Translations under genes and position numbers: made by a program
Shown here: positions 1-11,980 of the stretch, piece by piece
Numbering within the stretch: position 1 is the stretch's first letter
How the letters are laid out: each line of letters begins with the position of its first letter
From: the human T2T-CHM13v2.0 reference genome, Homo sapiens
NCBI RefSeq assembly: GCF_009914755.1
Contig: NC_060935.1
DNA: 64,000 nt
Direction: 5' to 3' (one strand)
The notes under the pieces: generated by a model
What the model saw: only the letters and a program-made list of their open reading frames with translations
Databases searched by the model: none
Told to the model about the DNA's origin: nothing

Positions 1-29
1 TGGAAAGGCAAAATTGATAGGAGTAGAGA

Positions 30-230
30 ACATAGGGTTTGAATTCAAACCAACCTGGGCTTGAATCCCTACCCTACTGCTGACTAGCTGCTTGTCACTA
101 CTGGACAGCTTTCTAAAGCATCTGGACTCAAAAACTCACAAGAATGAAACACATAGGCATGGTGGAAATCAGAGATAATATGACTTACATGGTATATTGT
201 AGGCACTCAGTGATGATTACTGTTTTGATA
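30..230 (+). mobile_element. MIR SINE (degenerate)
   Basis: MIR-like core 'ctgggcttgaatccctaccctactgctgactagctg' and 3' 'gtaggcactcagtgatgatta'. Confidence 0.6.
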
Positions 231-330
231 ATTGTTTTTATTTCAGAAAGCCATATATTCATGGAATATTTCCTAGTGTTTATAAGGTACCTGTGGAGTT
301 CTAATGAAACAAACACATTTCATTCTTTTT

Positions 331-560
331 AACAACTTATTTAGATTGGTAAATAATAATTATATGTATTGATAGGGTACAATGTGATATTTTGCCCAGT
401 TGTACACTGTAGAAAGACTAAGTCAAGCCAATTAACATATCTATCACCTCACCAACTTTTTTGTGGTGAGAACATTAAAAATCTAGTATTTAGCAATTTT
501 TAAATATATAATACATTATTATTACTGTGACCATACAGTGCAATAGATCACTAAAATTTA
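331..560 (-). mobile_element. L1MA-type LINE-1 3' end (non-inverted part of a 5'-inverted insertion)
   Basis: Reverse complement matches the L1MA 3' terminus ('gatctattgcac...aatgttctcaccacaaaaaa...gaggtgatagatatgttaatt...tcacattgtaccc'). Confidence 0.85.
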
Positions 561-790
561 TAAGTAAAGTAAGCCAGGCACAGGAAGACAAATACTATAT
601 GATTTCAGTATAAAAAAGAAAGTATAAAAATATGCTTTTTATATAAAAGTATTAAAAGGTCTATTTCATATAAATAGAGAGTAGAAATGTGGTTACCAGA
701 GGCTGATGTGGAGGAGGGATGGCAAAAAGGGAGATTCTGATTAAAGAGTTACAAAGTTTCAGTTAGACTGGAGTGGTACATTTTAGTGAC
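561..790 (+). mobile_element. L1MA-type 3'UTR, inverted segment of the same insertion
   Basis: 'taagccaggcacaggaagacaaatac...agagagtagaaatgtggttaccagaggctg...acaaagtttcagttagac' lies immediately upstream of the 331-560 segment in the L1MA consensus. Confidence 0.8.
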
Positions 791-821
791 ATATTTCAGC
801 CATCTTTCCGCATCCCAAATG

Positions 822-1000
822 TCGAGTCTGCTCTGGCTGCCGTAACAAAATACCATAGACTATGATGTGGCTTGAAGAACAGAAATGTATTTTCTCACAG
901 TTCTGAAGGCTGGATGGCTGAGATCAGGGTGTGAGCATGGTTGGGTTCTGGTGAAGGCTCTTCTTCTTGACTTGCAGATGGCCGACTTCTCACTTTTGTT
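822..1000 (-). mobile_element. MLT1 (MaLR) LTR fragment
   Basis: 'ggctgccgtaacaaaataccatagact...aacagaaatgtattttctcacagttctgaaggctgg' is the MLT1 signature. Confidence 0.8.
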
Positions 1001-1003
1001 GTC

Positions 1004-1046
1004 ACAGAGAGAGAGAAAGGGAGAGAGAGAAAGAGTGTGCGTGTGA
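1004..1046. repeat. (GA)n/(GT)n compound simple repeat
   Basis: 'cagagagagagaaagggagagagagaaagagtgtgcgtgtg'. Confidence 0.8.
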
Positions 1047-1061
1047 GCATGAGCATGCTAG

Positions 1062-1409
1062 CACTTGGGCTGTTATAACAAAATACTATAAACTTGGTTG
1101 CTTATAAGCAACAGAAACTTACTTTTCACAGTTGTGGGGGCTGGGAAGTCCAAGATCAAGGCACCAGCAGATTTAGTGTCTGACGACGGACTGCTTTCTC
1201 ACAGATGGCACCTTCTTGCTGTGTCCTCACATGGTTGAAGGGGCAAGGCAGCTTTCTGAAGCCTCTTTTATCACTAATCCTATTCATGAGGGCTTTACCT
1301 TCATGACCTAATCATCTCCTAGAAGACCTCATGTCCTAATACCATCATCTTGGGGGGTAGGATTTCAATATATGAGTTTTGGGGGGAAACTGACATTCAG
1401 ACCCTAGCA
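1062..1409 (-). mobile_element. MLT1A0-like solo LTR
   Basis: 'gggctgttataacaaaatac...ctgggaagtccaagatcaaggcaccagcag...cattcagaccctagca', nearly full LTR length. Confidence 0.85.
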
Positions 1410-1859
1410 GGAGCAGTGGGTTTATACAGAGGGTTTCGAAGCTCAATGGGTCATGGTCTTGTTTGATTGCTATGTCTAAGTAGATTAACAGGTTTGTCAT
1501 TTGAATTTTAAAATTCCTTAAATTAAAGTGAGAAGGCAGCGAGAGTGGCTAATGGCCGGGTACACAAGTGTCATTAAATTCTTGGACTGCCATTAGTGTC
1601 AAGGCAGTACTATTCCCTTGCTCTAAGATATTTGACCAGAAGTGTGCAAAATGGAGGTTGGAGGTTAAGTGGTTGTATTTAAATGGAAGATGTCCGCATA
1701 TATTATGGTAGAACATGAGGGCTCATCACTAGACAGAGATTTAGTGAAGGCAGAACACAGAAATCCACATGCCCCCACTTCTGGCATTTCTGGGTATTGT
1801 GAACATTATCTAATTTTGGGCCCATCTCCTTAATGATCTTGAAAATTATCTTTAGGTGA

Positions 1860-2060
1860 CCTAGCTTTGAAGTCAAGTTATGTTTGTTACCAGCTGCATG
1901 ATCCTGGACTAATCACAAAACCTCACTGAGCCTCAATTTCTTATTCTTAATGATGTAGTTTGAGGATACCTTACTCAGACAAGGACTACAAATCAGATTA
2001 GGTAATGAATATAAGAACACAGAGCAAAGGTACTTACACATAGTAGGCACTCAATTAAGG
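1860..2060 (+). mobile_element. MIR
   Basis: 'accagctgcatgatcctggac...cctcactgagcctcaatttctt...acatagtaggcactcaat'. Confidence 0.7.
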
Positions 2061-2223
2061 TTTATTGATTCTGACAATGAATTTGTTTGCCTATTCATCA
2101 CTGAAGAGTAAGTGCCAGATAATATTCATGACTGTATGAGCAGTCAAATGGATATGCTTGATTTCCAATTCTGAAAATATGATTACTTTATAAAATGAAA
2201 ATTAAAAGTTATTTCAATAACCC

Positions 2224-2578
2224 AGGTCCCGAGTCTCTTCTCTGAAACTCTTGGAGAAAGGTGTATTTAGCAATTTAAAAACATTCAGCTGTTATAAAGG
2301 TAATATAATACATATGCTGGGTGTGATACCATTAGTGGGTCTAAAGAAACATCTCATAATCAAACACATTAATAGTTCTTTAGTGAAATGTGTAAATATT
2401 TACACTGAGTGGTTTATACAAAGACCATGAATAGCCTCACACCAGTCCAGGTCAGGTTTTGCCACAAAAGAATTTCAGTTGAGGTCAGGTTTTACTGCCA
2501 AATGAATTATGAAGAAAAGTTTGATTTTTGAAACTTCTTGAAGAAGTTTTGGACTTGCAGGAGGGATTGAGCATCTGT
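2224..2578 (+). mobile_element. MER46C-like TcMar-Tigger DNA transposon
   Basis: Starts 'caggtccc', contains 'taatcaaacacattaata' and 'atagcctcacaccagtccaggtcaggttttgcc', ends 'gggattgagcatctg'. Confidence 0.8.
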
Positions 2579-3799
2579 ATTATTAAATAACTTTTGATAT
2601 TACTTTTATAAAGCAATACTGACTTTTCAGAGTTGAGTTCATTGCTATATAACTTGTCTATAGGTGTTAGATTATAAAAATAAAATTTAAATGCTGGCGT
2701 CCCAGTAAGAAATGCAAATCCCAGGACATTCAAATACCCAGGTAATTAGAGTTTTATGGATTCATGACTATCAAATGATGAGTATCCAGGCTCACAGCCT
2801 TACCAATGTACATCTATGCTGTGGCCTGTGATCTTCTCATGTGTAATTTGCTGCTATTGAGGTAATAGAAGATCTTACGATATAGCTTTCATTGGATAAT
2901 GCTCACAGCAGGGAATAACAGTTTGAAAAGTAATCACTTAGCTTTTATTTACTCTTTGAGGAATCACACTCAGGCTATCATAAAGGAGTACAGTTGACAT
3001 AGATTCCTGTGCAAATGGGGAAACATTCTGTTCAACTACTCTTTCCAAGCTCAAAAATTTGATAATTGACTTCAAATAAAAGGCAGACCAAACAGTGCCT
3101 GTCTGTGATATTCACAGCACAGAAGAGAAACCTTTGTTTTTTTCCTCTGAGCTCTTTCCTGCATCACAACATTTCCTGGGATGATCTTTACCTGCAGTTA
3201 TTAAATTTACCTGCTCATCAAAATCAACAGGAAAAAAAAGTCAGATTTTCAGTATACTATTCTAAGAAATTCAGTAAGGGTGGGGACCTAAAAATCCCCT
3301 CGTTTGTTTAATTTTTGTGATGTACAGTCAAGTTTGACAATGAGAATTCAACCTTCGGCTTGTACCTGGCCTTTCAGGTTACAGCACTAAAAATCCTGTT
3401 TGGGAAGAGAAAGTCAAAGTACACAATAGTCAACTGCAGATTCTATAGGAGCCCTGCATTTTGAAATTTCCAAGAGAATTTTGAGAATCGAACAATAAAG
3501 ATTTATTGGATCTAAAGGCTCCCTTGTATCCATATTATAAAATAACCTTCCCAATCATGTAAGTTGGGAGCCCAGCCAGTGGGAGGAAGATGTCCTCATA
3601 GAGGAGTCGCTTTTGAACTTCATTCTTGTCTTTTTCTCTGGCCTCACAGTGTTCGTCTATGAGGTTCTTTGGGGAAAATATGCTAGAGGGGGGCTTTAGC
3701 ACAACACTCCACATATACCTGGCTTGGTTTACTGCAAAGGCTATAGCTCAGATGCTGACAGGTGCTGAAGAGGCAACTTAAATTTATGAATTGTTGCAC

Positions 3800-3970
3800 T
3801 ACATAGAGAATCTGGCAAATTCTTCTAAAATTGGGAAAGTCCACTTAATATCCAGTCAATTATTGCCAGGTGGAACTGTGAACCTAGTATCCCAGATTTT
3901 TTTTTTAATTTTAAAGATAAAAATCTGGGTCTTTATGTGAAATCTTCCAGTTTGTAAATGAAGACAATTC
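3800..3970. mobile_element. MER102-like hAT-Charlie fragment
   Basis: 'ccagatttttt...aaaaatctgggtctttatgtgaaatcttccagttt' resembles the MER102 internal sequence. Confidence 0.5.
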
Positions 3971-3971
3971 T

Positions 3972-4520
3972 ACAACTCTATTAGGTACTATTATTATCTC
4001 CATTTTGCAGGTAAGGAGACATATTCAGGGAATGTGATAATTTGAATTATTCAGCAAATATTCAGCCTGCAAATTCCTTCTCCCCTAACTAGAGACAGTA
4101 TACATTTCCCTGATCCACTGGTGTTGGACTTGGCCATTTGACTTGTTATGACTCACAGAATATGAGCAGAAGTGACAGCATGCCAGTTACCAGCTAAGGG
4201 CAAAAGAAGATCTGGTGGATCTGTATTTCTGACATTCTGACTAGCCTGCTGGTCCAAGGAGGATATGAGACACACGGAGATAACATGATCTCCACCTGCT
4301 TGCAGCTTGAAGCTGAGCCTAGCCCAACCTGGCCTAGACCAGTCAACCCCTGGGTGACCCTCAGATGCATGAGCAAGAATAAATGACAGTTGTTCACATA
4401 TCTAATTTTAGATAAGATAACAGATAATAGGGAGTTTATAACTTGCCTAAGGTTACATACAAGTCATTAGTTTGTTTGGTCAGGATTTGAACCTGGATGT
4501 GCTAAAGCTAAAGCCCATAA
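3972..4520 (-). mobile_element. MIR split in two (about 3972-4030 and 4430-4520) by an MLT1 insertion
   Basis: 'aggtactattattatctccattttgcaggtaaggagac' continues as 'aacttgcctaaggttacatac...caggatttgaacctgg'. Confidence 0.7.
4050..4420 (+). mobile_element. MLT1I/J-like LTR nested in the MIR
   Basis: 'ttggccatttgacttg...agaatatgagcagaagtgacagcatgccagtt...cctcagatgcatgagcaagaataaatg'. Confidence 0.7.
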
Positions 4521-4920
4521 CTATTAGTGTGCTAGGTTAGAACACTGACAATGTACTATTTGATAATTCTTATTCAGAGTCATGATCTTAAGATACTAGC
4601 CTGCCTTGAAATCACTTAAGAAAGAAAAATGGAAATTGCACTTGGGAAAATTTCATTGTTCTTTTATTTAACACTGAATTCTTTGAAACTAATTGTTTCG
4701 ATGAAGTTATATAAGCAATTTGATGGATAGAAAAAGACTTTGGACTTGCTGTGATTTGCTTTAGCCTCCTTTCCTAAAAAAATAGAATTTATGTTACATA
4801 CATAACTATGATAATTATTTCCATCCTCCTAATGTAGAGTGAGCATACACCATTCTTTCAGCTAGACATTCCCATCCTAACCCTTTTCCTTGGCCCAGGC
4901 TATTTAGGCTCACCTTACCT

Positions 4921-5400
4921 TATCCTATTAGTTTGCCAGGGCTGCCATAATGAAGTGTCATTAACTGGGTGGCTTAAAACAATAGACATTTATTGTTTCA
5001 CTAACCTGCAGGCTAGAAAGGAGGTCGAAATTAATGTGTTCTCAGGGCCATGCTCCATCTGAAACTTACAGGGAAATCCTGCCTTGCCTCCTCCTACATT
5101 CTGGTGGTTCATTGGCAATCTGCGGAATTCCTTGGTATACAGACACGTAACTCTCATCTCCACCTTTGTCATCACGTGGCATCCTTTTTGTGTGTCTCTG
5201 TGTCTTCCCAAGGCCATCTCCTTATAAGGGCACCAGTCATAGTGAATTAGGGGCCCACTTTACTCAAGCGTAACCTCATAGTAACTAATAACATCTGCAA
5301 TGATCCTATTTCCAAGTAAGGTCACGTTCTGGAGCGTGGAGCTTTGGAATCTTAACATGCCCTTTTTTGGGGGGTAGGGGTACAATTCAACCCATACCAC
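4921..5400 (-). mobile_element. MLT1C-like solo LTR
   Basis: 'agtttgccagggctgccataa...ctgggtggcttaaaacaa...ttataagggcaccagtcat...atctgcaatgatcctatttccaagtaaggtcac...caattcaacccata'. Confidence 0.85.
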
Positions 5401-6331
5401 CCAGTCTCAGCTTGGTTGTAGGAAGAGCCCTCACAGGCTTGGGAATTCTGCTCACATAACTTAAATGACTGTGCCTATGTCTCTTTCACAGGGCCCCCGG
5501 CCCACAGCTTCTCTGGGGCTTTATCTTCTGGGTTTAGTGTCGTTCTAGAAACAAAATTGTCTTCAGTAGTAGGTCCTTTCTCATGGAGCTCTCAATTCAT
5601 TTTTCTCTGAGCAATATTTTTTTCTGCTCACTGAATGAATATCTTTGTCCCAGGAGGCCAGGCTTTCTCATTACTTGGAAAAATCCTTCAAACTCCAAAT
5701 AAAAAAGAACCACAAGTTAACCATATTTCTATCTATTTTCACCATATAAGCACAAAAAAAGGCATTAGGGAATAAAACTAAAATGTCATGCAGGCCTGAC
5801 AGTTTTCCACACTGATTGCTTTTAATGCTAGTTGATGCAGGAAAGATTGCCAGACAGACTGGAGCTCTGGATACCAGAGGCCTGGTATCTTCTTGTCGGG
5901 TCTTCCCCACTGGGCTGTTAAAGTTGGTTCCCCTGCCCTATTTGGCTGATTCAAGCTTCATGTGTCTTTCTGTGAGTCTAAAAGGAAGGTCCTGTGAGCT
6001 GCGGCTGTTTGGCAAGGGAATTGTGCTGTTGGTTTCCTGGTCCACATCACAATTAATTCTAGAAACAGCAAAGGTGGAGAGCTGTATACAACGTTGGATA
6101 GAACATTAACCATTTTAAAAGGTGTTCCTAGATATTATCACATATTCTGTCACTTTTTGTGCACCGGCCTCTGCTGTGTTTATGCTTCCTTTTGTTAACT
6201 TGATTCTGGATTTCTCTTCTTCAAAGAACCAGCTTGTTCAACTCCCTCATCCCAGGCTGTCCACTTTGCTTGACACAGTGGTTTATCTCAACTCTTTATG
6301 CCGATCCCTTTCCCTGGGCTGAAACTATTTT

Positions 6332-6629
6332 TCTTTTTTTTTTTTGTTTGAGACGGAGTCTTGCTGTCGCCCAGGCTGGAGTCCAGTGGCGCAATCTCGG
6401 CTCACTGCAGGCTCCACTCCCCGGGGTTCACGCCATTCTCCTGCCTCAGCCTACCGCGTAGCTGGGACTACAGGCGCCCACCACCTTGCCCGGCTAATTT
6501 TTTGTATTTTTAGTAGAGACGGGGTTTCACCGTGTTAGCCAGGATGGTCTCGATCTCCTGACCTCGTGATCCACCCGCCTCGGCCTCCCAAAGTGCTGGG
6601 GTTACTGGCGTGAGCCACCGCGCCCGGCC
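6332..6629 (-). mobile_element. AluY
   Basis: Full dimer, CpG-rich, AluY diagnostics (ttcacgccattctcc; ccgtgttagccaggatggtctcgatc); perfect 15-bp TSD ggctgaaactatttt at 6317-6331 and 6630-6644. Confidence 0.97.
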
Positions 6630-7017
6630 GGCTGAAACTATTTTACCTCACTCTGGTCTCCCTAGTTCAGAGTGATAGGGGAAAAAAATGTTGAATTTTA
6701 ATGGAAAGCAGTGGTTATCAACTTGTTCCATATATAATGAACACTTTTGATTTTTAATAAATTTGGCTACCCTCACAGAAGGGGCCTTATGCACTCATTT
6801 ATTTACAGATGCTGTTGCACATTATGGTTCCAGTATTTGCGTCTTGACTCCTCAGGGTCCTCAACCTAAGGACTGGGAATCACAGATCCAAAGACGTTAG
6901 TGTGGCTTTCTCCAGGCTGTCAGCTCCTGTTTGGTCTTTCTCTGAATCAGAGTATGTCACCTGAAAAGTGGGAATGAAAAGGGTTCACTCCTTCATTCAT
7001 TTATGCATTAATCTTTT

Positions 7018-7314
7018 TTTTTTTTTTTTTTTTTTTTTTAAGACGGAGTCTCGCTCTGTCGCCCAGGCTGGAGTGCTGTGGCGCGATCTGAGCTCACTGC
7101 AAGCTCCGCCTTCCAGGTTCACGCCATTCTCAGCCTCCCAAGTAGCTGGGACTACAGGCGCCCGCCACCACTCCCGGCTAATTTTTTTGTATTTTTAGTA
7201 GAGACAGGGTTTCACCGTGTTAGCCAGGATGGTCCCCATCTCCTGACCTCTTGATCCCACTGTCTCGGCCTCTCCAAGTGCTGGGATTACAGGCGTGAGC
7301 CACCACGCCTGGCC
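7018..7314 (-). mobile_element. AluY inserted in an L2 3' remnant
   Basis: AluY diagnostics (gcaagctccgcc, ttcacgccattc) with a small internal deletion; 16-bp TSD tatgcattaatctttt at 7002-7017 and 7315-7330. Confidence 0.96.
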
Positions 7315-7509
7315 TATGCATTAATCTTTTGATCAAACTTTTAATGAGCATTTTACTGTGCTTTATTGAAGTAATTGTTAGGTATACAAATAAGGATACA
7401 TTGTGCCCCAAAGAGCTCAGATTCTGATCAGGTAAACAGGTATGTGAACCCTTCAAAGTCATTCAAACATACGTCAGTCATTTCAGTGGAGTCAAGTTTT
7501 GTGGTAGTT

Positions 7510-7638
7510 CAAAAAACGATGTAACATAATGGATCCAAACTTCCTCAGTTTAAATCTTGGCTCCACTTTCAGCTCTGCTACCTTGGACTACTTTCCTAAC
7601 CTCTCCATACCTCAGTTTCTTAATGCGACATGTGGACA
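7510..7638 (+). mobile_element. MIR fragment
   Basis: 'tttaaatcttggctccactttcagctctgctaccttggac...aacctctccatacctcagtttct'. Confidence 0.7.
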
Positions 7639-8085
7639 TGGTGGATTCAGGTTTCACAAGGTCTGAAACTTAAGCAATTTTGAAAATTTATCTTTAAGAA
7701 AAAATAATACAAAATTATGACTATAAAATTACTCACAAAATTGATATTTATTTAGAATGGGAAAAGAAATGATAACTTATAAATTAAAAAATTTTAAAGA
7801 GCTGACAAATGCCATCAGCATTATGAAATCCAAAAATATACAATCTCATTACTATTAAGTATATGCATCTGTCTGACACATCTCTCTAATATGGTTTTTT
7901 TGGTTTTATTTTTTGGTTATATTTAATCACTTTTGTTTGACAACAATTTTATAATATTTTCTGTTGTGAGGATGGGAAAATATCACATCTTTCTCACAGA
8001 ATGGTTTGTCAATTTAAAAAAATATTGATAGCTTAGAAAAGTATTTTTTTTTAAGTTTCACAGTTCATTCTTGCTAACATTGAGT
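7638..8085 (+). mobile_element. MER53/MamRep-like hAT DNA transposon fragment
   Basis: 'ggtggattcaggtttcacaaggtctgaaactta...ctttaagaaaaaataatacaaaattatga...tatttatttagaatgggaaaagaaat'. Confidence 0.6.
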
Positions 8086-8214
8086 GTCTGCACTCTCTCA
8101 GATGGTGCTTCTTGTCCTATGGCAACCTTGGTAAATTGTACCCTTAGGATTTTCTAGGAATGGCCTTGAAGGCTATGCCCAGCAGCTGTGAAAGATGCAT
8201 CAGAAGCATGTCTA

Positions 8215-8485
8215 CCTTGCCACCCGTGGTTCATGCTGCTATAACAAAGCACCAAAGACTGCATATAAAAGCAGATTTTTTTACCCACAGTTCTGGAGGA
8301 TGGAAGTCTGAGATCAGGATTCCAGTACAGTTGGGTTCTGGTGAGGGTCCCCTTCTGGGCTGCAGACTGCTAACTTCTCATTGTATCCTCATGAGGTGGG
8401 AAGAGATCAAGCTAGTACTCTGGCATAGGATTAGGGTCTCAATGTATGAATTGTGGGGCAACACAAACATCCAGTCCATTGCACT
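8215..8485 (-). mobile_element. MLT1 LTR, internally deleted
   Basis: 'gctgctataacaaagcacca...cacagttctggaggatggaagtctgagatcagg...acacaaacatccagtccattgca'. Confidence 0.8.
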
Positions 8486-8674
8486 CCCTTGATCCATTGT
8501 TCTTGGGACAGGGCACAACTTAGGCATGGATCCTGGGTCCTACTGCCTCCCAGCAGAAGCAAAGAAACATTTATTTTCAAAAAACAAAATGAATATACAC
8601 AACCTCAAAACAAGAGGTTTGTAGCACAATTTTTCTGAAATGATCCTTCTTCCAGTTTTTAAATTTTTGATATG

Positions 8675-9165
8675 GAAGTCAGCGATTTATTTGATGTAGA
8701 GAAACAGAAACCCATTCAGATGATTAAATTTAAAAATAGGTTTTTTTTGAAAGCCAACAGTAAAATGTCCCAGATAAATAAAATTAGGGAATGCAGAAAT
8801 GAGATTTGGGAACCAGAAGCAGCAAGGACAAATGGAGACTAACGTGGAAAGCGAAGATCCTCTCTTCTCTCAGGCACCTGTTTTTCTCAGGTCTGCTTTC
8901 TCTGTAGGCACTGCCTTTATTTCCTATTTCTGTCAGTAGCCTGGCTTTTCCCACTATTCTACATGCTATGTAACTGTTTTTGAGGTGGCTTTGAATTTTC
9001 ATGGCACAGAGTTGACCCTGATCTTCTATGATTTTTCAGAGCCATGTACCCAGCCATATCTATTTTCTTAAGAGAGTAGATCTGATTGATTGCTTCTGTG
9101 TCAGAGGTCCATACCTTGACCAATGAGCTGTGGCTAGAGGGAGCAAGGTTTTGTGGTATGAAACA
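8675..9165 (-). mobile_element. Old MLT1 (K/L-like) LTR
   Basis: 'aaacagaaacccattcaga' near the start and 'tctgattg...ccttgaccaatgagctgtggctagaggg' near the end. Confidence 0.5.
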
Positions 9166-9669
9166 CAACCATTCAAGCATGTGATTTCATCAAGGGCTGG
9201 GCATGAGCTGGAATTTTCAAAAAGAGAATATGGGCAGGGCACCTACTATGTATTGGGAACTGATTCAGAGAAAAATGAGTTAAATTCCTTGAAAAGGAGG
9301 TGTGAGCATGTACAATTCATGCTCATCTCTGCTTCTCAAGCTGGAATTTACTGCAGTGCAGTGTGCAAGAGAGATCTCTAAGCCACAATATGGCTGTGCT
9401 CCCTCTTTCTGGATCAGCAGTTTTACACATGGATAATTGAAAACATCATTTGTAGAATTATTATGAAAAGCACAATATCTAGCTGTTTATAGGCATGAAC
9501 TCTTGGGTGTGTATATTTACACCCACTCTGGGTTCTTCAGTTGAAACATTTAAGAAGCACTAGGTTCATATTTACGTACTGTCTCTTTCTAAAAGATGGA
9601 AACAAACTTTGTTTTCAGCAAATCAGCAAATTTGTGAAATTGATTTCGTTTCTCTTTGAATTACTCTTT

Positions 9670-10350
9670 TCAATCATCCAGCATTCATTCATTTATTCAT
9701 TTACTCAATAAATATGTATTCAGTAAGTACTGTCTGCCAGCTATAACAAGACTGTATTGCCCTGCCATCATGTAGCTTACAGAGAGGAGAGGGAGACTGA
9801 AAATAAACATGCTAACAAAGAAATATATGATGCTTGGCTGAGGGGGATAAGTTCTATGAAGAAATCATATTGCTAGGAGTGAGAATAGTAGTGGCTGGAG
9901 CAGCAACATCAGAGAGGATGGCCTAGAAAAACCCCTGAGATGTTGGCCTGTGAGTTAGACCTGGAGGGAGTGATGTAAGTCGCCCTGCAAAACCCCAGGG
10001 AGGAGTTCTCCAGGCAGGCTGAACAGCATGTGCAGAGGCCCAATGCAAAGAACGTGGTGTGTCTGAGGAACTGAAAGGCAGGTAGAGTAATGGGAGCTGA
10101 GTAAGAGAGTGGTGGAGTATGAGGATGAAGAGGTAGAAGGGATGTAGAAGTAATGAGTTTGGATTTTATCCCAAGTATAATGGAGAGTCATCAATGAAGT
10201 ATTTTAAATAAGAGGATGATTTTATTTGGTTTATAATTTTAAAACATCACTCTAGTGAAATGTGAGAAAAGATTGGAATAAAAGCAAGAAAAGAAGCTGG
10301 GATTTCAGCTGGAAGGCAGAGTGATGAAGGTGAGAAAAAGTGGTCATGTC
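9670..10350 (-). mobile_element. L2 (L2a-like) 3' portion
   Basis: (ttca)n tail 'cattcattcatttattcatttactcaataaatatgtatt'; 'ccaggcaggctgaacagcatgtgcagaggccc'; 'gagtttggattttatccc'. Confidence 0.85.
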
Positions 10351-11604
10351 ACAGAATGGGAAAGGGAACTTACTTGAGAAACAGAATCCATTTTTTATGT
10401 GGTGTAACCTGTCAGTCCAGATGTGTGCTCTCAGAAGCAGTCAGAGAGGTTGTGAGCCTTTCTGTTCACATCCCAACCGCTCTGACTGCTTCTGAGAGCT
10501 GACCTGTGAAAGGGTAGAAGAGTCCTTGCAATTAATAATTTTAATGATAAAGCCTGTATTTAAAGTTGGATAAGAAAGGAAATGGAAACAGAAAGAGGCT
10601 GATTGATTTTGAGAATGCACCAGGATCAATCAGATTGCAGAATTGTGCACTGTGGGCATTTGAGCAAGTGAACTGAAAAAAATAGGAAGTTAAGGCCGAT
10701 AAGAGGTATGCCTGAAATTGAGATGTATGATGTTGTGCAGTTTCTGATGATGAAATGTCAGATATGGCAGTGGGATGGGGTCCTGCAAGAATATAAGAAA
10801 GACCCACTGCTGACAAGGAAGGGAAGGATTGAGAGACGAATGCTGGATGGACCCTCCACACACCTGTTGAAGTTATTAGGGTTGTTTATGGAGAGAGTGA
10901 GCGTAAGCAGGAAAATATCTCAATAACAGAGGGATGTCAGCAGATAACTTCAGGAAGGTTGGAGTAGAAGAGTGTCAAATAGCTGAATGAGATTCTTGAA
11001 CGGAGCAAAGAAACTTGTAAGATGAAGGGGAAGCCAGGAGAAATCATCTGTTAGAAGCTGTGGGAAAAAGGACACATCCCTTTCTTCTAACCCCAGAAAA
11101 GAGGGAAGGATGAGAAAAAAATAACAAAAGGATGAAAGACAAGCAAATTTTGTAGGCGACAGTGAAATCAAGCAAGGAGATGAAGGGAGAAAGGCAGTGG
11201 AAGAGTTCGTAGGTGTAAGGATATTTGCTGATCATAAATGGGCTATTCCAGAGGCCACAGTGTGTGTGAAAGGAAGGAGAGGGGTGGAAGGTTGAACCAC
11301 GTTAGGGGAAGTACAGAAGAGGAAAGAAGAAGAGAGCCTGGTGATATATAATAAGGTATCCTAGCAGTTTATGCTTTTGGGAGGGATTGAGGTAAACAGG
11401 GTGCAAGACCAGATGGATTGGTCCTGATGCTCTTCTGACTCTGATCTGGCATTCTCTGTCTGTTAGGATGGTAGATTCCAGAGTGCTGCTTGTGAGGACG
11501 TCGGCTGCAGGGAAGGGACCTTCCCATAGGCTGCTCAGAACACAGGCAAATGAGGGCAGTGAAGGCCAGTGAGCTTATTCCAGAAGTCTGCCAGCTGCTT
11601 CTTT

Positions 11605-11780
11605 ATTATGACTAATCCTCAGGACAATGCCACTAAATAGCTTTTAATATTCCCATTTTACAGAAGCTGAAACTACAGCTCAGACAAGTTGAGAGACTTG
11701 GCCAAGATGAAGAGGTAAGGATGGAGAGAAGGTTTTAAACCCAGGCCTTTCCAAAACCTGAGCCTGAGTTCTTTCCCACA
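11605..11780 (-). mobile_element. MIR
   Basis: 'cccattttacagaagctgaaactacagctcagacaagttgagagacttggccaag'. Confidence 0.75.
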
Positions 11781-11874
11781 GGAAACTTTAACCAGGCTAA
11801 AGAACCAGGGTGAGACACAGGAACTTAGACTCTGGCTGGGAAAAATTCTCTCCTTGCTAGGCTGTCTTTCTTAC

Positions 11875-11980
11875 GAGATTTTGAGCTTCTTGAAATTAGA
11901 GACTGTCTCCTTGTATCTAGGATGGTGCCTGGCACATAGTAGGTGCTCAATAATATTTGATAAGCGAAGGCAGGAATAAA
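11875..11980 (+). mobile_element. L2 3' end
   Basis: 'tgagcttcttgaaattagagactgtctc...gtgcctggcacatagtaggtgctcaataatatttg'. Confidence 0.8.

Noticed and set aside
10350-11400. Purine-rich stretch with short ORFs, possibly a processed pseudogene
   Set aside because: No recognisable protein similarity, poly(A) or TSD. It is more likely a highly decayed continuation of the adjacent L2.
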